The notes beneath the pieces were generated by a model that saw nothing but the letters and a program-made list of their open reading frames with translations, searched no databases and was not told where the DNA came from. This document shows, one piece after another, positions 36,984 through 50,940 of a stretch of DNA of 64,000 bases. The translations under genes and the position numbers were made by a program. Location: NCBI GenBank assembly GCA_030295235.1, contig AP026154.1, forward strand, positions 186,001-250,000. The letters run 5' to 3'. The first letter of the stretch is position 1; every line of letters begins with the position of its first letter. This DNA comes from Fistulifera solaris (taxonomy: Eukaryota).

Positions 36984-39620
36984 ATGGCTCAATTCGAAAG
37001 CCGGTCGTGGAGAAAGCGCCTTTATCTCTTACTCGGAATTCTACTCCTCTGCAGCACGATTTGCTGGATAGGCGTTCGAGGTGACGAGGAAGAGCATGAG
37101 ACTGATGCTGTGGGTCAACAAGAAGAGGAGGAATACGATGACGATGACGAAGACGAAGAAGACAACGACGACGATGATGATGATCGGGAAACGGTAGCAG
37201 ATCACATGGAAGAGTTACGTCGTGTCGTTGGATTGCAATTCCCAATGCTCGAAGACACCGACGACCCTTCTTTGGCGGCTCGCAAAGTCAGTCAACACTT
37301 GGCTTCCGAGGGCTTACACCAACGACTTGAAACCATTTTTTCGAAAACAAAAACAGCCGAATGCCGCGCCAAAATTGCCGAACACCTATCGTACTTTGTC
37401 AATGCCATTGCACTCGAACAAAACTTACCATTCAGCGATTTGACATTTTCCAACGAATGCGGAGAACCTGTTTACATGTGGGATGACTTACCCGAGGATA
37501 TGCATCCGGGCATGATACAGAATCGCACTTATCAGCCACCTCGCAACGAAACCGAATATTTGGACGATCCGGCTGACCTCAAGCTTTGTTACGGAATTTT
37601 GACACACGACAACCCTGACGCCACAATCCGCTTGATCGAGGCATTGTATGAGCCCGGACATGTCTTTGTCGTGCACGTAGACGGTAAAGAAGAGTTTGAA
37701 TCAACGCAACACGCTTTAGAGGCGTACGCAGCGAAGCACGAATACGTTCATATTCTTCAACACCCGAATCGCGTGCGGGTCAATTGGGGAGGTTTTTCCA
37801 TGGTCAATGCGACACTGCAGATGCTACAATACTCATTAGCAGTCGATGACACGACAAGAGAACCACTGGAGTTTCACAAGTTCGTTCATCTTTCGTCATC
37901 GAGTTACCCGTTGGCATCCAACTCGGAAATTCGAATCCAGTTAGCGTCGTATCCTCTCGACGCCAATTTTCTCAACATTGTCATGCAACCGATTCGACCA
38001 GGACATCACGCATGGCATTATTTTGTGGAATGCGATGATTCTTTGCACCGTATCTATCAGTTACCGGCACTAGCAAGCTCGACATCGAATGCCGATATGT
38101 TCACGTCGAGTCAATGGTTTATCATCAGTCGCGATTTTGCGGAATATCTGGCAACACCTGAGCCTGGATCGTTTGTGCATGACTACCTCACTTACATTGA
38201 ACATGTTGTGGTAGCGGACGAGACGTTCTTTGGGACGGTGCTTCGACACACGTCATTCTGTCACCAACATCACAACCGTAACTTTTTGCACCTTCAATTC
38301 GATCGCTGGGAAAGTGAGTTGCCCGCGGGGCTTCGTGATGAGCGGAAATGCCCTATGCCGAATCCTGACCACTGCGGAAGATCTCCCACAATAATGACGA
38401 TCGATTACGCGGATATCCTTGAACTCAGTGGAGAATTGTTTGCTCGAAAGGTAAGAATAGTACAACGATTCCATTGCTCGGGATATGTGAAACACCGTTG
38501 TTCTAATTTGTTGCCACTTGAATTAGTTTGACGATACAATAGATCCCCACGTCAAAGATATAATTGATGACTGGAGAATCAAACGCGAAAATCAGATACA
38601 AAGTGGTATGCGTCCTAACGATTTCAGACCCAAGTCGATGGATTTTGAGGGACATGGTGTATTGATCGTAGCGAAGGAAACTGTCAACGATGAGACCCCG
38701 CTCTGCTTAGGTCTCGGACCTACTGGAAATGCGATGCGCCTTACACCATGCTTTCACGATTATATAGTTCCTTCGCTTAGCGAAGAATGGGAGACCGGTG
38801 CCGTCATTCAAGAAGAAACTCCACTTCATCTTCGATGGCAAGTGTCTCCTTGCACCTCGGATGGTGATTTGAAGCGAACGTAAGTTTTGCATGCAGATTA
38901 ACGCAAAGTCGACTCGTTTCTATTGCGTTCTGTCCACTCAACCCTCTTTCCGCTCGCAGTCCATCGGGTCTTATTAACGTAACGAAAGGAGCTTACAGTA
39001 CAACAGGTCCACGCTGTATGCTAAAACAAATTGATGGATTGCGTGCGGGGCGATGCTTCGATGGACAGCAACTTTCTTTGCAACCGGGCGGAGATATACA
39101 AGTGTACCCGTGTGTGCAACAGTGGTTTCAATTTGTTTCGTTTGGTGATGGAGAACATGCTCCCATCGGAAGTTTGTACAGCATTATCCCTTCCCACATC
39201 GTTCAGCAGATTCAAAATTTGGGACATGCTCAATCGCCGTACATGTGCTTTGGCGTCCGCGGGCGTGGTAGTCAAGACGAGATGGACTGGGCTGACGAAA
39301 CCACCCAAGACGATACAGCAAGCAACAAAACCGAGGATGCTGCAATTTTACCGTTGTCGAATTGGAAAGGAGAGCAGCTTATTACCACGCAGTGCAGTAA
39401 CAAAGATGCGGTCATTGAATGGGTTTTCGTACCATACATTGTTGAAGAAACAAGTAAAGACGGCGCTACAGAAAAGACGATGACAAATATTGATGGCGAG
39501 GAGAAATCTACTATTGTCAATAGCAGCGACGAGGAGAAAGGAGAAGGATCCCCCGTCAAAGATGGCAACAATAACCCAACCTCGAACGACAACAAGAGTG
39601 ACGATCACAATGAGCTATAA
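36984..39620 (+). CDS. GT14 (core-2/I-branching / xylosyltransferase-like) glycosyltransferase with a C-terminal lectin-like region
   Basis: TM anchor; YGILTH, VVHVD, VNWGGFSMV, LSSSSYPL, SQWFIISRDF, DETFF, LFARKF. Introns 38451-38526 and ~38880-38959. Ends in HNEL. Confidence 0.85.
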
Positions 39621-39656
39621 CCAAGAAAATGTTGATTGATCTTGTGTTTCATCAAA

Positions 39657-40529
39657 TTACCGCAGCTGCCCACTATCCGAAATCATGACGGGGACACGTG
39701 TGGCACCCGATTCACTGCCGACTTGTTCAATGGCGCTGACGACATCCTGTCCCGAAATAACCTTACCGAACCTGTCAGAAAAAGGAACGAGTAAATGAGA
39801 TTGTCGTTCGTGAGATAAAACAGATTAGTACGTTCTTTTCGAACTCACACGACGTGTTTCCCATCCAACCAGCTTGTATCACCTGTCGTTAGAAAGAACT
39901 GGCTCCCATTGGTGTTGGGTCCAGCTGCATGCGTAAGAGTGAGATGTTGTGTAAGCAGACATACTTTTGTTTCATCATCAAGTAAGTAGCACATCACACA
40001 CACACGTACCATTGGCCATACTGAGACATCCTGGATGATGCTTGAGCTCAAAGTTTTCATCCGCAAACTTAGACGAATTTCCTCCTAAGGTATGCTCCCC
40101 ACCCGTCCCATTCTGACGTGTAAAATCACCTCCTTGACACATGAATCCTGGAATGACCTATTTTGTAGTTGGAGAGAGACGAGTGAAGTAAGAGAGAAAG
40201 TAATGATCATTTTCAAATAGCTAACGAGGCATGCAAGGCAATGTAACCTACGCGATGAAAGGGTGAGTTCTTGTAATGCAACGGCTTTCCAGAACGACCG
40301 ATTCCCTTTTCTCCTGTACAAAGTCGTCGGAAATTCTGTTGTTGTTCGAATTACGTTGTTATGCGGTGAGTTTGAACCAAACAGAAAAGATACTGGACGA
40401 CGACTCTCCTGAAAACCACGTTACCTCTGCGGTTTTCGGCACAACATCGGATCGCAGTTCCATCTCGATGCGTCCTTTGGGAGCGCCTCCGATGGAAATG
40501 TCAAAGAAAACGACAGGGAGGTCTGTCAT
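39657..40529 (-). CDS. Cyclophilin (cytosolic CypA-type PPIase), 5 exons
   Basis: [57 protein letters not shown]. Exon 3 is locally disrupted near 40075-40100. Confidence 0.92.
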
Positions 40530-41883
40530 GTTACAATATGGAATGCTTCAACGGAGTGTGATGCGAACGCGTGTTAGTTTTGTTATTCTCAGATTCTCAG
40601 ACATGAGACATGAGTGTTTGGATTGTTGACTCATGACTGAAATGCAGTCGTGGTAATATTAAGCCTACAAAAACTAAAAACAGATATTGAGCCTACATTT
40701 GGAGGCTGGTAATCTAAGACAACGATTTATTGCAGGGGAGTTCGAGCTCACTATCTCCTTGTATTTCAAAAAATGCTGCTAATTCAATAATAATCGCTCG
40801 TGAAATAAAGACTATTTGAACGCGTCGAACGGGCGGAAAGATACCTGTACCTGGTACCGTACTCGGTTTTATTGCCTTCGTTTCTTCACGGATTCATGAC
40901 TGAATTGCAGTCCTGCAGATAAAGGCTGGGAGCGTCCGAAAAATTATCAAGCCGATAAGATTTTTCAATGTTTTTGACCTACCATGCAAAGCATGACGTA
41001 TATTAAGTATCTTCAAAGTTCTTCTTGTTTTCAAAAAAAAGTTTATTGCATGAAAAATCAAGAAAGTTGTTAGCTAAGCATGTGTCACAAGTCACAACTT
41101 CTTTCTCTATTCAACAGTTTCTGGATTGTGGAGCAACGCATCGCCGCCCTTTAAAATGCCCGCGCCGCCACTTGTCGAATTGCATACGTTTTCTGGTGCT
41201 GTGCACGTTGCAGTTCTTGAATGGCTTCACGAAAGCGCATGGCCAATAATCGTGTTTGATTCGGGTTTCGGGTTCTCGAGGGTTGACGTCCGGCTTTACT
41301 GGTTGATGGCACACGTAAAAGCGTGGAGAACGTCACGACTGAAGAGTCGCATCATAATAAAAGAATATATTCTAATAACGTATTTGGTTGTTCATTTCGG
41401 TCCTCGATGCATGTTGATACGAGAGACGAGATCGCGGCATCCTCTTTAAATAATAAGTCAAAACCTCGGAACTCGCAACGTTATTGAGTTCCTGGTGTAC
41501 AGCTCGATATGATTGTAAGTGCAATGGTACGATACTCCATCCGTGTGGCCGCTATTTGTATAAGGCAAAAGTTAGAAGGGAGGGGGAAAATGCACCGAGC
41601 ACCGTTCGACGTCTATAGCTAATACTCCGTATTTTTTTTCTTTTTTGATTAAGGGTTCAGGCTATGTCTTCACTATTATGACTCATGGTGCGACGCATTG
41701 AAGTTTGTTTATTATGAGCTCAAGTACGTCACACGCGCAATTGACACGTTTTTTTGTCGACATGGATTTTTGTCGGCTTTCTCGCCTTCTTGACGACTCT
41801 TGACACAGAAAGATCTCATCAATTGTTGCTGTATAAAGGCAATTCTCTTTTTCAGTGAATCAACAAACTTCTCCTAATTTATC

Positions 41884-42501
41884 ATGCTCTCCCGGAATGC
41901 TATTGCTCATGCTATCGCGGCACTTCTTGTCCTCGTCGTTGCGGTAGACGCTAGAACCGACAAAGCCACAGGCATTAGTTTCCCCGATGCCCGCGGAGGT
42001 CTTTCACTCTTTGGAGTAGGCGTGCGTCGCAAAGGACCCATCAAGATTTACAGCGTAGCTATGTACAGCACATCGGCACTGCAAGAGAAACTAGCCAAAT
42101 GCAAAAAGACAGACAAGAAAACATTGACTGTCTTGCAAAAGGGAGTCAAAGAAGAAGGTCAGGCATCGTTCTCTTTGAACATGAACTTCAAAGTAGGTGC
42201 CGAGAAAATGGCCTCCGCTATTGCCGATTCGGTCGCCCCCCGTCATTCGGGATCGAGTCAAGATGTCGAGAAGCTCAAAGCACTCATCCTCAAGGGCGTA
42301 CCGCAAGCAGGTGCTACCAAGGGGACGACGATGGATTTTGATTGCTCGCACGATAGTATCAGTGTAACGGTCAATGGTAAAGCACAAGGCTCCGTTGCGA
42401 GTTCGTCCTTGGCGAGTGCCTTTTGTGATGTGTATTTGGATGACAAGTGTGTGAGTCCAGCCATGCGTCAAGATTGTTTGGATCATTTGTGCTTAGACTA
42501 A
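41884..42501 (+). CDS. Chalcone-isomerase-like fold protein with signal peptide
   Basis: TGISFP, LFGVGVRRKGPIKIYSVAMY, AFCDVYLDDKCVSP. Confidence 0.8.
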   Translation: MLSRNAIAHAIAALLVLVVAVDARTDKATGISFPDARGGLSLFGVGVRRKGPIKIYSVAMYSTSALQEKLAKCKKTDKKTLTVLQKGVKEEGQASFSLNMNFKVGAEKMASAIADSVAPRHSGSSQDVEKLKALILKGVPQAGATKGTTMDFDCSHDSISVTVNGKAQGSVASSSLASAFCDVYLDDKCVSPAMRQDCLDHLCLD

Positions 42502-42572
42502 CGCACAACACAAAAAGCGGTGATGGCTATTGCTAAATAATAATGATGCATTCTTTAGACATTAGTCTGATG

Positions 42573-43930
42573 TTACAGAACCATACTTTCCCCGTCCGCC
42601 AGTTTGCGTTCGTCTTTCCATGCGGCTGCTCCAAACAGCTCTCGTCGAATTTCTGGAGTTATCTTGGCATGAAAATGCTTCTTCATTACCTTTCGTAACA
42701 CCTCTCGCGAGTCTTGCAATTCGTGTTTGTAGCGTTGTACAAACACCAACAGCGCTTGATGCCACAATACGGGCAACGGATCCTCTCCATCGTAATTCAA
42801 AAACGAGCTAAAGTGTTGCACCAAGCTACCAATCACGGGTACCGGCAACGAATACTTCTTTTGCAACAAGGTCTTGATGAAAATGGATGCTGCACCCGTG
42901 TAGTCGGTGGATTGCGCCAACTTGTGCAATGCCACGGCAGAATGGTGCGATGGAATCGACACTCGTTGCAAGACGGACGCCACAATGGCGGCTTCGCGGA
43001 GCGTTGCTTCTTTGGCCAAGGGCAACAGGATGCCTTTGAAAAAAGCCGCCGGTTTGTACACGGATTTGTTCAATGCCGCGTAGTAGTGATAATTCAACTT
43101 CTTGTGTGTTTGAATATCTGAACGTACCGCATCCAGCAATACCAAGTTGTAGAATCGTTGTGCCATTTTTGGGTTTAAATTGGACGCGAAAATACGGGTG
43201 GCGGCAAACATGGCTTGCGGTGTCCATAGATCGGGTCGAGTCAAATACAGAACCTCTTCCCAATTGGATAAACTAGGAATGACTTTGAAGGCTTTAGGCA
43301 GTTTTCCGGAAGTGTAACGACTCAATATCTTGCCAATTTCGGTATACACTTCGACAACTTTGGGTGGCAAAGGAGGTAGTCCTTGCTCTTGTTCATTCGA
43401 CATGAAATCTCCGCGTTTTTCGGCTTCTTTTTCCGCAATTTTTTCGAGAATCATATCCGCCAAAGTGCGTCGTTCTCCGGTTGTATTGTTATTACTCATC
43501 ATCGAAGCCACCAACGCTTCATCTTCTTTCGAAAGACCCATGGCACTTTCCGAAACAGTGACATAACCGTTATCTTGAATCAAATAATCATCTTCCTCAT
43601 CTACAATAATGTGTTCTTCTTCCTCAAACTCCTCGTCGTCACTGTCCATTTGGTCGGGATGAGCCGACATTTTCTGCTGTTGCCTACGCCGTTGTTCTTC
43701 CAATTGAATCTCCAACTGTTGTTGACGACTTAATTGTAGAATCTTTTGACTTGATCGTTCATCCAACAAACCCGGTTGTTCTTCCTCTGCCGACGTTTGT
43801 TTCGGAGCACGCATCGGTTTGGCGTACTTGTTCCGATTCGTATCGTCGTGAATGGCTTGACCGAGAGGTTCATGACGAGCCGCTTGATTTCTCGACAATG
43901 CGGCGGCACGAATCTTTTGGCTTTGGGCAT
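42573..43930 (-). CDS. BYSL: Bystin (Enp1), 40S biogenesis factor
   Basis: RTLADMILEKI, YTSGKLPKAFK, ATRIFASN, KPAAFFKGIL, LPVLWHQ, ITPEIRREL. Likely start ATG at 43930 with an A-run indel. Confidence 0.95.
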
Positions 43931-44575
43931 AATGGAAGTAAATTGAGAGGCAAGTCAAGATGCCCAGGAGTAAAAAACGGCTAGCTTCTTTTTGAAACGA
44001 AAGGCAACGAGAGAAAAGAGAGAGAACAAAAGGGAAACGAGAAAGAACCGCGCAACGTTTTCGTGGTCGAGTCGGTGAAGAAAGCTCAGAACCTATGGGC
44101 ACCAAAGATTTCGTCATAGTCACGACTAGAATCCAGTCGTGAAGAAAGGTTCCTTACATTTCAAACCATAGTCGTCGGAATGGGATGATGATTCATTCAT
44201 GATGAATGAGCAGCTAGCGCAATGTATTCCATCCCTATATTATTATCTATCATGAACAACACCGAAATCTATCCTGTCACAGCTTTTGCTTAAATTGATT
44301 TCTTATTTTCGGTGAGCAATTATGGGGAAAGCTGAGTTGCAGGAAAATTGATTCACGACACGTCAAACCTTCGTTCGTAAATACCAGTACTCCGTTTGTG
44401 AGAGTGTATTGTGTGTAGCCACGTGTAACTCATTCATTCCGGGTAGCTTCATTATTTTTTGTTGCTTTGATTCTCAAACTTGGTCGGCTTGCCTTATTCT
44501 ATCAAAAGGCAAAACTTCTTGCCAACATTCTAAAAATAAGCCAAGAGACGACTCCTCGTTTGACATATAACAACG

Positions 44576-45228
44576 ATGAGACTAGCGTGGACGGCAAGCG
44601 TGGCATTCGTTGTATATTGCCAAGAAGGAGGAGGAGTTGTTGACTCGTTTTCCATTCCTTCACAATCCTCCTCGCGAAAGATCGGCACACGGCTTTCTGC
44701 CCAAGAACCACCCAAGATTGAAGTCATTGTGAACGACAATAGCGATGACGACGATAATGACGATGACGATGACTTGATTGCCCCGGGAATAATGCGTGTT
44801 TCGGAAATCAAAGCCGAATTGGATTTGCGGAAAATTTCGTACACCGATTGTTTTGACAAGGAATCGTTGGTGGAGCGTTTGCAGGAAGCACGGGTCAAGG
44901 GATTGGCGGATCCATCGATATTGGAAAAATTCAATCGACAGAAATTGGAGGCCGATTTTGATCCCAGCAAAAGGTTGAAATCCAACCCGATGACATAGAA
45001 GCTGCACTAGCGAATGATGGTACGATTCCCGGAGGATTGACGCCGGACATGTTCCAGAAACTCATTGCGAATCCAGAACTTATGGCCATGTTGCAGAGTA
45101 CCAAGATGCAAGAAGCCATGACACTCATGATGACGGGTGGAAGAGATGAATTGGAAAAGAAACTCAAGGAAGATCCGGAACTGCAGGAAACCGTCAAGAA
45201 ACTGGACTCGATCATGAGATCTTTATAG
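44576..45228 (+). CDS. Probable plastid-targeted protein with a SAP-like motif and C-terminal STI1-like domain
   Basis: MRVSEIKAELDLRKISYTDCFDKESLVERL; KLIANPELMAMLQ...DPELQE; frameshift near 44970. Confidence 0.6.
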
Positions 45229-45281
45229 AATGTCATTAAAACTTATAGTTCATACAACATGCGTCTATCATTTTTTGTGCT

Positions 45282-47074
45282 TTACTCATCACCGGACCAG
45301 GCATACTTTCTCATCCAGGCACCACTGATGTCCAGAGTGGGGTCGTTCGCGCGTTTGTGCCCATCCCAAAACTCTTCACCCAGTTGTGCCAATCCCCACA
45401 CCAGGAGACGGTGCAATTGGGGACCCATCTGATCGACCAAATACCCCAATCCTTTCGAAGAAATTTTAGGACAGAAACTGACATTCAACTCTTCCAATGT
45501 ACCCGCACAGTAACGAACCAATTCTTCCAATCCTTCGTCCGTCACGAGACTCGAGCCCTGAATATCCAAATGTTTCAAACCTCCCAACAACAAGGATGAT
45601 CCGCCCGACGAATGACTCTGCACATCGGCACGATGATGTGTCGATGCTTTCGCCGCCAACAAAACAACTTGATCCGTAATAGCTTCATGATCACACTGAT
45701 TCACTTGGAAACGACGCAACATGGGTGGCTCTGTCATATTCTCCACTACCGTAAACAATGCCTCGAAGCCTTCCGCTGTCAAGAGACGCAGTCCGTTTAA
45801 TGTTAGACTGTGAACGGTAGGACAGTATTCCCGAATCGCTCCCAACGTCCGATCGGTCAAATGATAATCTTGTGACAAATCGAGTCCTTCCAACGTTGGT
45901 CCCATGATAGGCAACAACTGCTCCACAATGTCGTCATTCAAATTCGCCAAACGCTGTAAACTCAAATTCCGAATGAACCGCAATGAAGTTTTGGCACTGA
46001 GCAATATATCAAAGTGGTCTACTGTCAAGGGAATGTCTTCCAGTGTCAATTCGAGTAGCTGGTTGCTGGTATTATTGTTGTAGAAGGAATCGCGGAGCGC
46101 TTGACAGAACAAACTTCCCAACAAAGGACAAGCTTTGAATTCCAACGACGTGACGGTGGGTGCTAGTGCTGTCACGAGATCGGCAGCCGTGTCATCTTTT
46201 AACAAATAAGCTCCGCCGATGGACACGGCTCGCAGGTTGGGAGTTTTGCGAGAAGCATTCACTAGCGCTTGCACGGCCGCCGTTCCGAAACAACGACCAC
46301 ACTGATCCAATACGAGATATCGCAAACCGCCCGGAATCAAATCATGCAATATTCGCTTCAAGTGATCGGGTGAAATATGCGAACAGTCAATTAATTCGAG
46401 TGTTTCGACGCCCTTTTCCGCGAGGGCCTCCAAGGAGTTGTTGTTGAGTTTGCCACGCGCCACCAAAGCATGTGCGATACGGGAACGAATGGAACTGTCA
46501 ACATCTCCCAAGGAGTCGACATGCTCAAAGTGTTGGACGACAAAGTCAACACAAAGTTCGAGTAACGTGGGAAAACAGCTCTGTTGTCCCAATGTCGCTC
46601 GTTGACGTCGCTTGGCGTATCCGGATGACGACAACAACATTGTCGATGGACGTCCTTTCCACGACATTGATGGATGTATCTTTTCTGTTGTTCCTCTTCA
46701 AATTCCTTCATGACAGAGTCTAACGGATGAGACGATGCTTCGTATTCTCCTTCGTCGTCGTCGTCGTCGTCGTGCAAACGCTTTCGCTTCGCTGCTTCTC
46801 GCTGCGCAATCATTTGCCGGGCGACACTAAAAGGACCACACCATTCTTCTTGTGTCTCTTGTTGTTTCTTTTTGGTCAAAATACCAAAGGGAGTTGAAGT
46901 GACGGCACTTTTGGTACGATCCGCGTGTCCCAACGTCCGTTCGGCACGAACGTCCGGACGCGCCAAACGGGAGGCTTCTCGTTCCGCTACCGCACGTTGT
47001 CGTTCGCGGATGTGTTCGGCAACACGTGGTTGTGCGTTGTTATGATTGTTGTTGTGTCGTCGTGAAGGAGCCAT
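45282..47074 (-). CDS. RAD7: Rad7-like nucleotide excision repair LRR protein
   Basis: WCGPFSVARQMI, PTLLELCVDFV..HFEHVDSLGD, LDQCGR, GAYLLKD and multiple LRRs; frameshift near 46680. Confidence 0.8.
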
Positions 47075-47651
47075 GGTACTAGCTAGTAGTCAAGGAAACG
47101 AAAGAGGATAGGAGGATAGGAGGAATGGAAGTGAATAGTGAATACAGTCGTTCGTGGGTTTTGTGCTCTTGTCGCGGGGCTGCGCGAAGATTTTTCGACG
47201 ACGACGATCGGAGGTGGCATGAACGATGAAAGAATGAGTGCATGATGCGACGGACACACAAACAACATACAATTCGGTGCAGTGTTTGCGGAAAAGGAAC
47301 GAAACTATGGCCCAGAGTGTAGTCCGCTTTTCCGCTAGACTGAATTTTCAGTCCCTTATTCTGCGTTGCTTACATTCTGGGAGATACTCCGGAGTATACT
47401 TTTGTAAACACGGGATCGAAATCGATCCAGTCGTGTAAGATCTTTCGTGCACGAGATCGCGGCGAGGCGGGAGAGATTTTCTTTTTTTCTTTCGTCTTTC
47501 GTCGTTCGTTGTTTGCATAACATCATTTGGATGCAACTTTTTCATTACACTGAAACAAACAAGGAAAGACAATAAGACTACAGCTCTCTCTCTTTCTCTC
47601 TTTCTTTCGTTCTTTTGCAAGCAACGGCATCCTTCTTTTGTTCTTGACAGG

Positions 47652-50600
47652 ATGGCATCGTCTGACGAACACTCGCAAAGAATCATCTTCCCTTCTACTA
47701 TCCAGCGACAGGTGAAGATGAATCTGCCGCCGAGGCACAACTCGTTGCCAATTTAGAAGAAAAGAGACATCGCGTAACAACGACATGGGGACAAACTTAC
47801 ACCGCGGCAGTTCCGGGAGAGCGGCCTCTGCTAGGAACGAACTTTAATCTACAAAATGTATATCAAGTCTACCATGACGACGACAAGACAAAAAAAATTG
47901 CAAATGATGACGACTTTGACAATGACGAAGAAGACGACAGATCAGACGAAGACACTAGCCAAATGCAACAACCACTACCACCAACGACTTCCAGTCGCGC
48001 GCGATTGCGTCATGCCGTTCAAAAACGATGCAGCAACGTCGTGCCCAACTTATACGGAGTCAATCGCACGGGAAACACCATCGCAAAAAGTCCGACGTCC
48101 AGTCTTTACTCGAATACATTCAAGAAGAAGATGAGAACAATGACTCTCGTCCGTTTGCAGAAGAAAAGCCTTTTAGCATGCAGCATCAACGAACTGAATC
48201 CAGCAGCAGTAATCTTGGGATCGATTTGGGCAAGGTGGATTCGTCTCATACAGATCGCTTTGTTGTGGGAGGCCTACAGGTCCAGAGCCTGTTTGAGAAG
48301 AATGATTCCGATGGGGACTCAACTTCGTCATCGCTAGGGTCATCAATTGTAACGGAAGAATATCCTTTACTTCCTATCTCGACTTCCTCGCCCCGCAGTA
48401 GCCGTGCTTGGTACTCTTCACGATTCAGTCGCAAACTGTATCGAAAATCGCACCGTCGCCTTATCAAATACTGCCAGTGCACACTGTTCACTATACAATT
48501 TCTGTGGCATGCTGTCATTACGGCATACTTTTGTTTCGCGGCCATCCCGTTGTTTATTCTGGCTTGGATTTTCTTTTATCATCTCGGCAATCCACATTTC
48601 GAGTTTTTGCCGGGCAACACGACCATGTCATGGTGGCTGAATTTCACGGGCCGGCAATTGCTGACTCTCGAAATGGCGCGTATGGCGCAATTTTTTATCA
48701 TTGATGGACTGACACTGCGATCCAAGTTGGTGATTCAGCTGACAGGTCCGCTCGTAACGCTCTTGGCGATACAGTCTCGAGGCTGGCCGTTTCTGCTCAG
48801 TGCTTGGTCGCTGATTGATCTTTTCATGCTACATGGGGACACGAAGTTTCCTCGGAATTGGTTTTATTGGACGGGACTGGAAATTTATTCATCCAAAGTC
48901 ACTGGGATTTATATTCTCAATTCGGATCTATACTTTCGGTCGTTGATGTGCATGTTGGTAGTAGGGAGCTGTGTCAGCGTCAAGCGGTCAATGGTAGCGA
49001 TTTACTTCGGTCGAAAGACGTTCGGTAAGTCGCCGGGTTCACTCGTTGGTGGGTGAAGGTGCAAGTCTCACAAACAATGTATAAACAGCTGAATTCAAGC
49101 CTAAGCTCGAACGACTACTCAAAGAAATTTGTTTGATTGCAGAAATTGCGGAGCTTGCGGAGGATATCCATGAGATGGCACACGACGACCTTTCTTTGAT
49201 GGGATTCGGCGGCAGTGATAATGGGATGCCAAGAAAACGAAGCGAAGATTCCGATGACGACGCTACGCCGATTCAAAGAGGTCGGAAAGCGACACCTCAA
49301 AAGCGGAAAGGTCTAAGCAAGGTAGCAAATGTGAAGTGGCAAAAGAGGATGTTTCTGCTTTGTCCGATGACGAAGGGCATGGCAACAACACCGAAGAAAC
49401 GGAAGAGGTCTTTGCAAGATCTCCGTTTGATAGGACTGATTCGGGCAGTATTCGTATCAAAGAACTATTGGATCGGTGGGAAGAGCCCATCAATAAGCTC
49501 GACAAAAGCATCGCTGCTAGTATCAGTGATGTTCTGCAGTTTCGGCGTGCGCTGGATCTAATGGACGAAAGTCATCCATTTGGTGAAGCCTTCGGCGAAG
49601 CGGCTAAGCGCGATGATTGTATCATGTCTGCTCATGAATTATATCTCAAACTCATGAAGCTGTCGCCGAATGAAAAAGAACTCCCGTTTGAAACGTTAGC
49701 GTTGATAGCACAAAGTCCAGAGGACAAAGAAGAATCCCACTACAAACGTGGAGCATTACTGAAACTCTTTCGACCGGACAAGAACAAAAAGTTCCATTGC
49801 TCGCCTTTATTCAGGCATGCGACACGCTGTACCGCCGTTTGCGATACTTTCGAGCTTCTGTCGGGAACGCAACAGTGATCGACCATGTGCTGGAAGATGT
49901 TTGTGACTACTTGGTCGCTTTTGTTCTTTTCCTCGTGTCACTCTCCATTCTGAATTTCAATCCGTAAGTGTTTCCGTAAGATCGATCTTTATCTTAAACG
50001 AAGATTTTCAGATCAACCTAACCTCATCTTCTTGTATTTGCAGATGGCCGCTGTTAGTTTCCATGTCAACTCTCATTGTTTCATTTTCATTTGCGGTAGG
50101 AAATTCTGCCTCCAAATACATTGAAGGCATTCTTCTCATTGCGGTGCGAAGGTGCGTGTGTGTTCATAATACTCCTATGGATGACGTTTCTTCAAATTCC
50201 GTTCTGCTCATGTTTGTTTCACGTTTCTCGTGTTCTGTATTTAGACCTTATGACTTGGGAGACCGTATCATTATCACGGGAAGCGAAGCCCCAGGTAGTC
50301 CTGGTGTCGCGAACTCGTGGTTTGTGGAGGGTACGTGTCATTGAAAAATGTTTGCATTCCGTTGGTACACATTGCCGTCTGACTCTTTTGCCCGTTTCCT
50401 TTCTATTCGGTTTCACCAGATATCAACTTATATTACACCACCCTACGATACGCTGCCACCAATGAAGTATGCACCATGGCCAACGGGACGTTGAGTGGGA
50501 GTCGTATTGTGAATTGTCATCGGTCAACCGGGGCCATTGTCGTATTCAATTTTCCTTTGCACTTGTGCGTCTTGGAAGGCAGTAAGTTGTCTATGTTTGA

Positions 50601-50940
50601 ACAAGCGCTGGTGCAATATGTCGATGATCATCCTCGAAACTGGGATTGTGTCTTGTACACCCGCATCGAAGACGTCGATGCGGACAAGGAAATGGTTTCT
50701 TTGCGGATTTCGGTGCGTCACCGGTGTGGCTGGATGGAAGCTGGGCGTATTTTGAGTGATCGGGGCTTGTTAATCAAGCAGATCTATGATATCGGCGAGA
50801 CCTTGTCGATCCAATATACGGGCGTTCCTAATCTGTACGTGAAATACGAAGGTGGAACCTGTCGCGAGGGTCGGCCCGGCCAAGAACAGTACTGGCGCGA
50901 TATCATTGAACCGGCGAATATAGTGAACAAAGAACAGTAG
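47652..50940 (+). CDS. MscS-like mechanosensitive channel, copy 1
   Basis: SFSFAVG, PYDLGDRI, INLYYTTLRY, NGTLSGSRIVNCHRS; EF-hand-like LFRPDKNK; 4 introns in the 3' half. Start uncertain. Confidence 0.85.

Noticed and set aside
40701..40758. tRNA or SINE-like sequence (GGAGG...GTTCGAG...TCTCC)
   Set aside because: Too short, and no D or anticodon arms can be folded.
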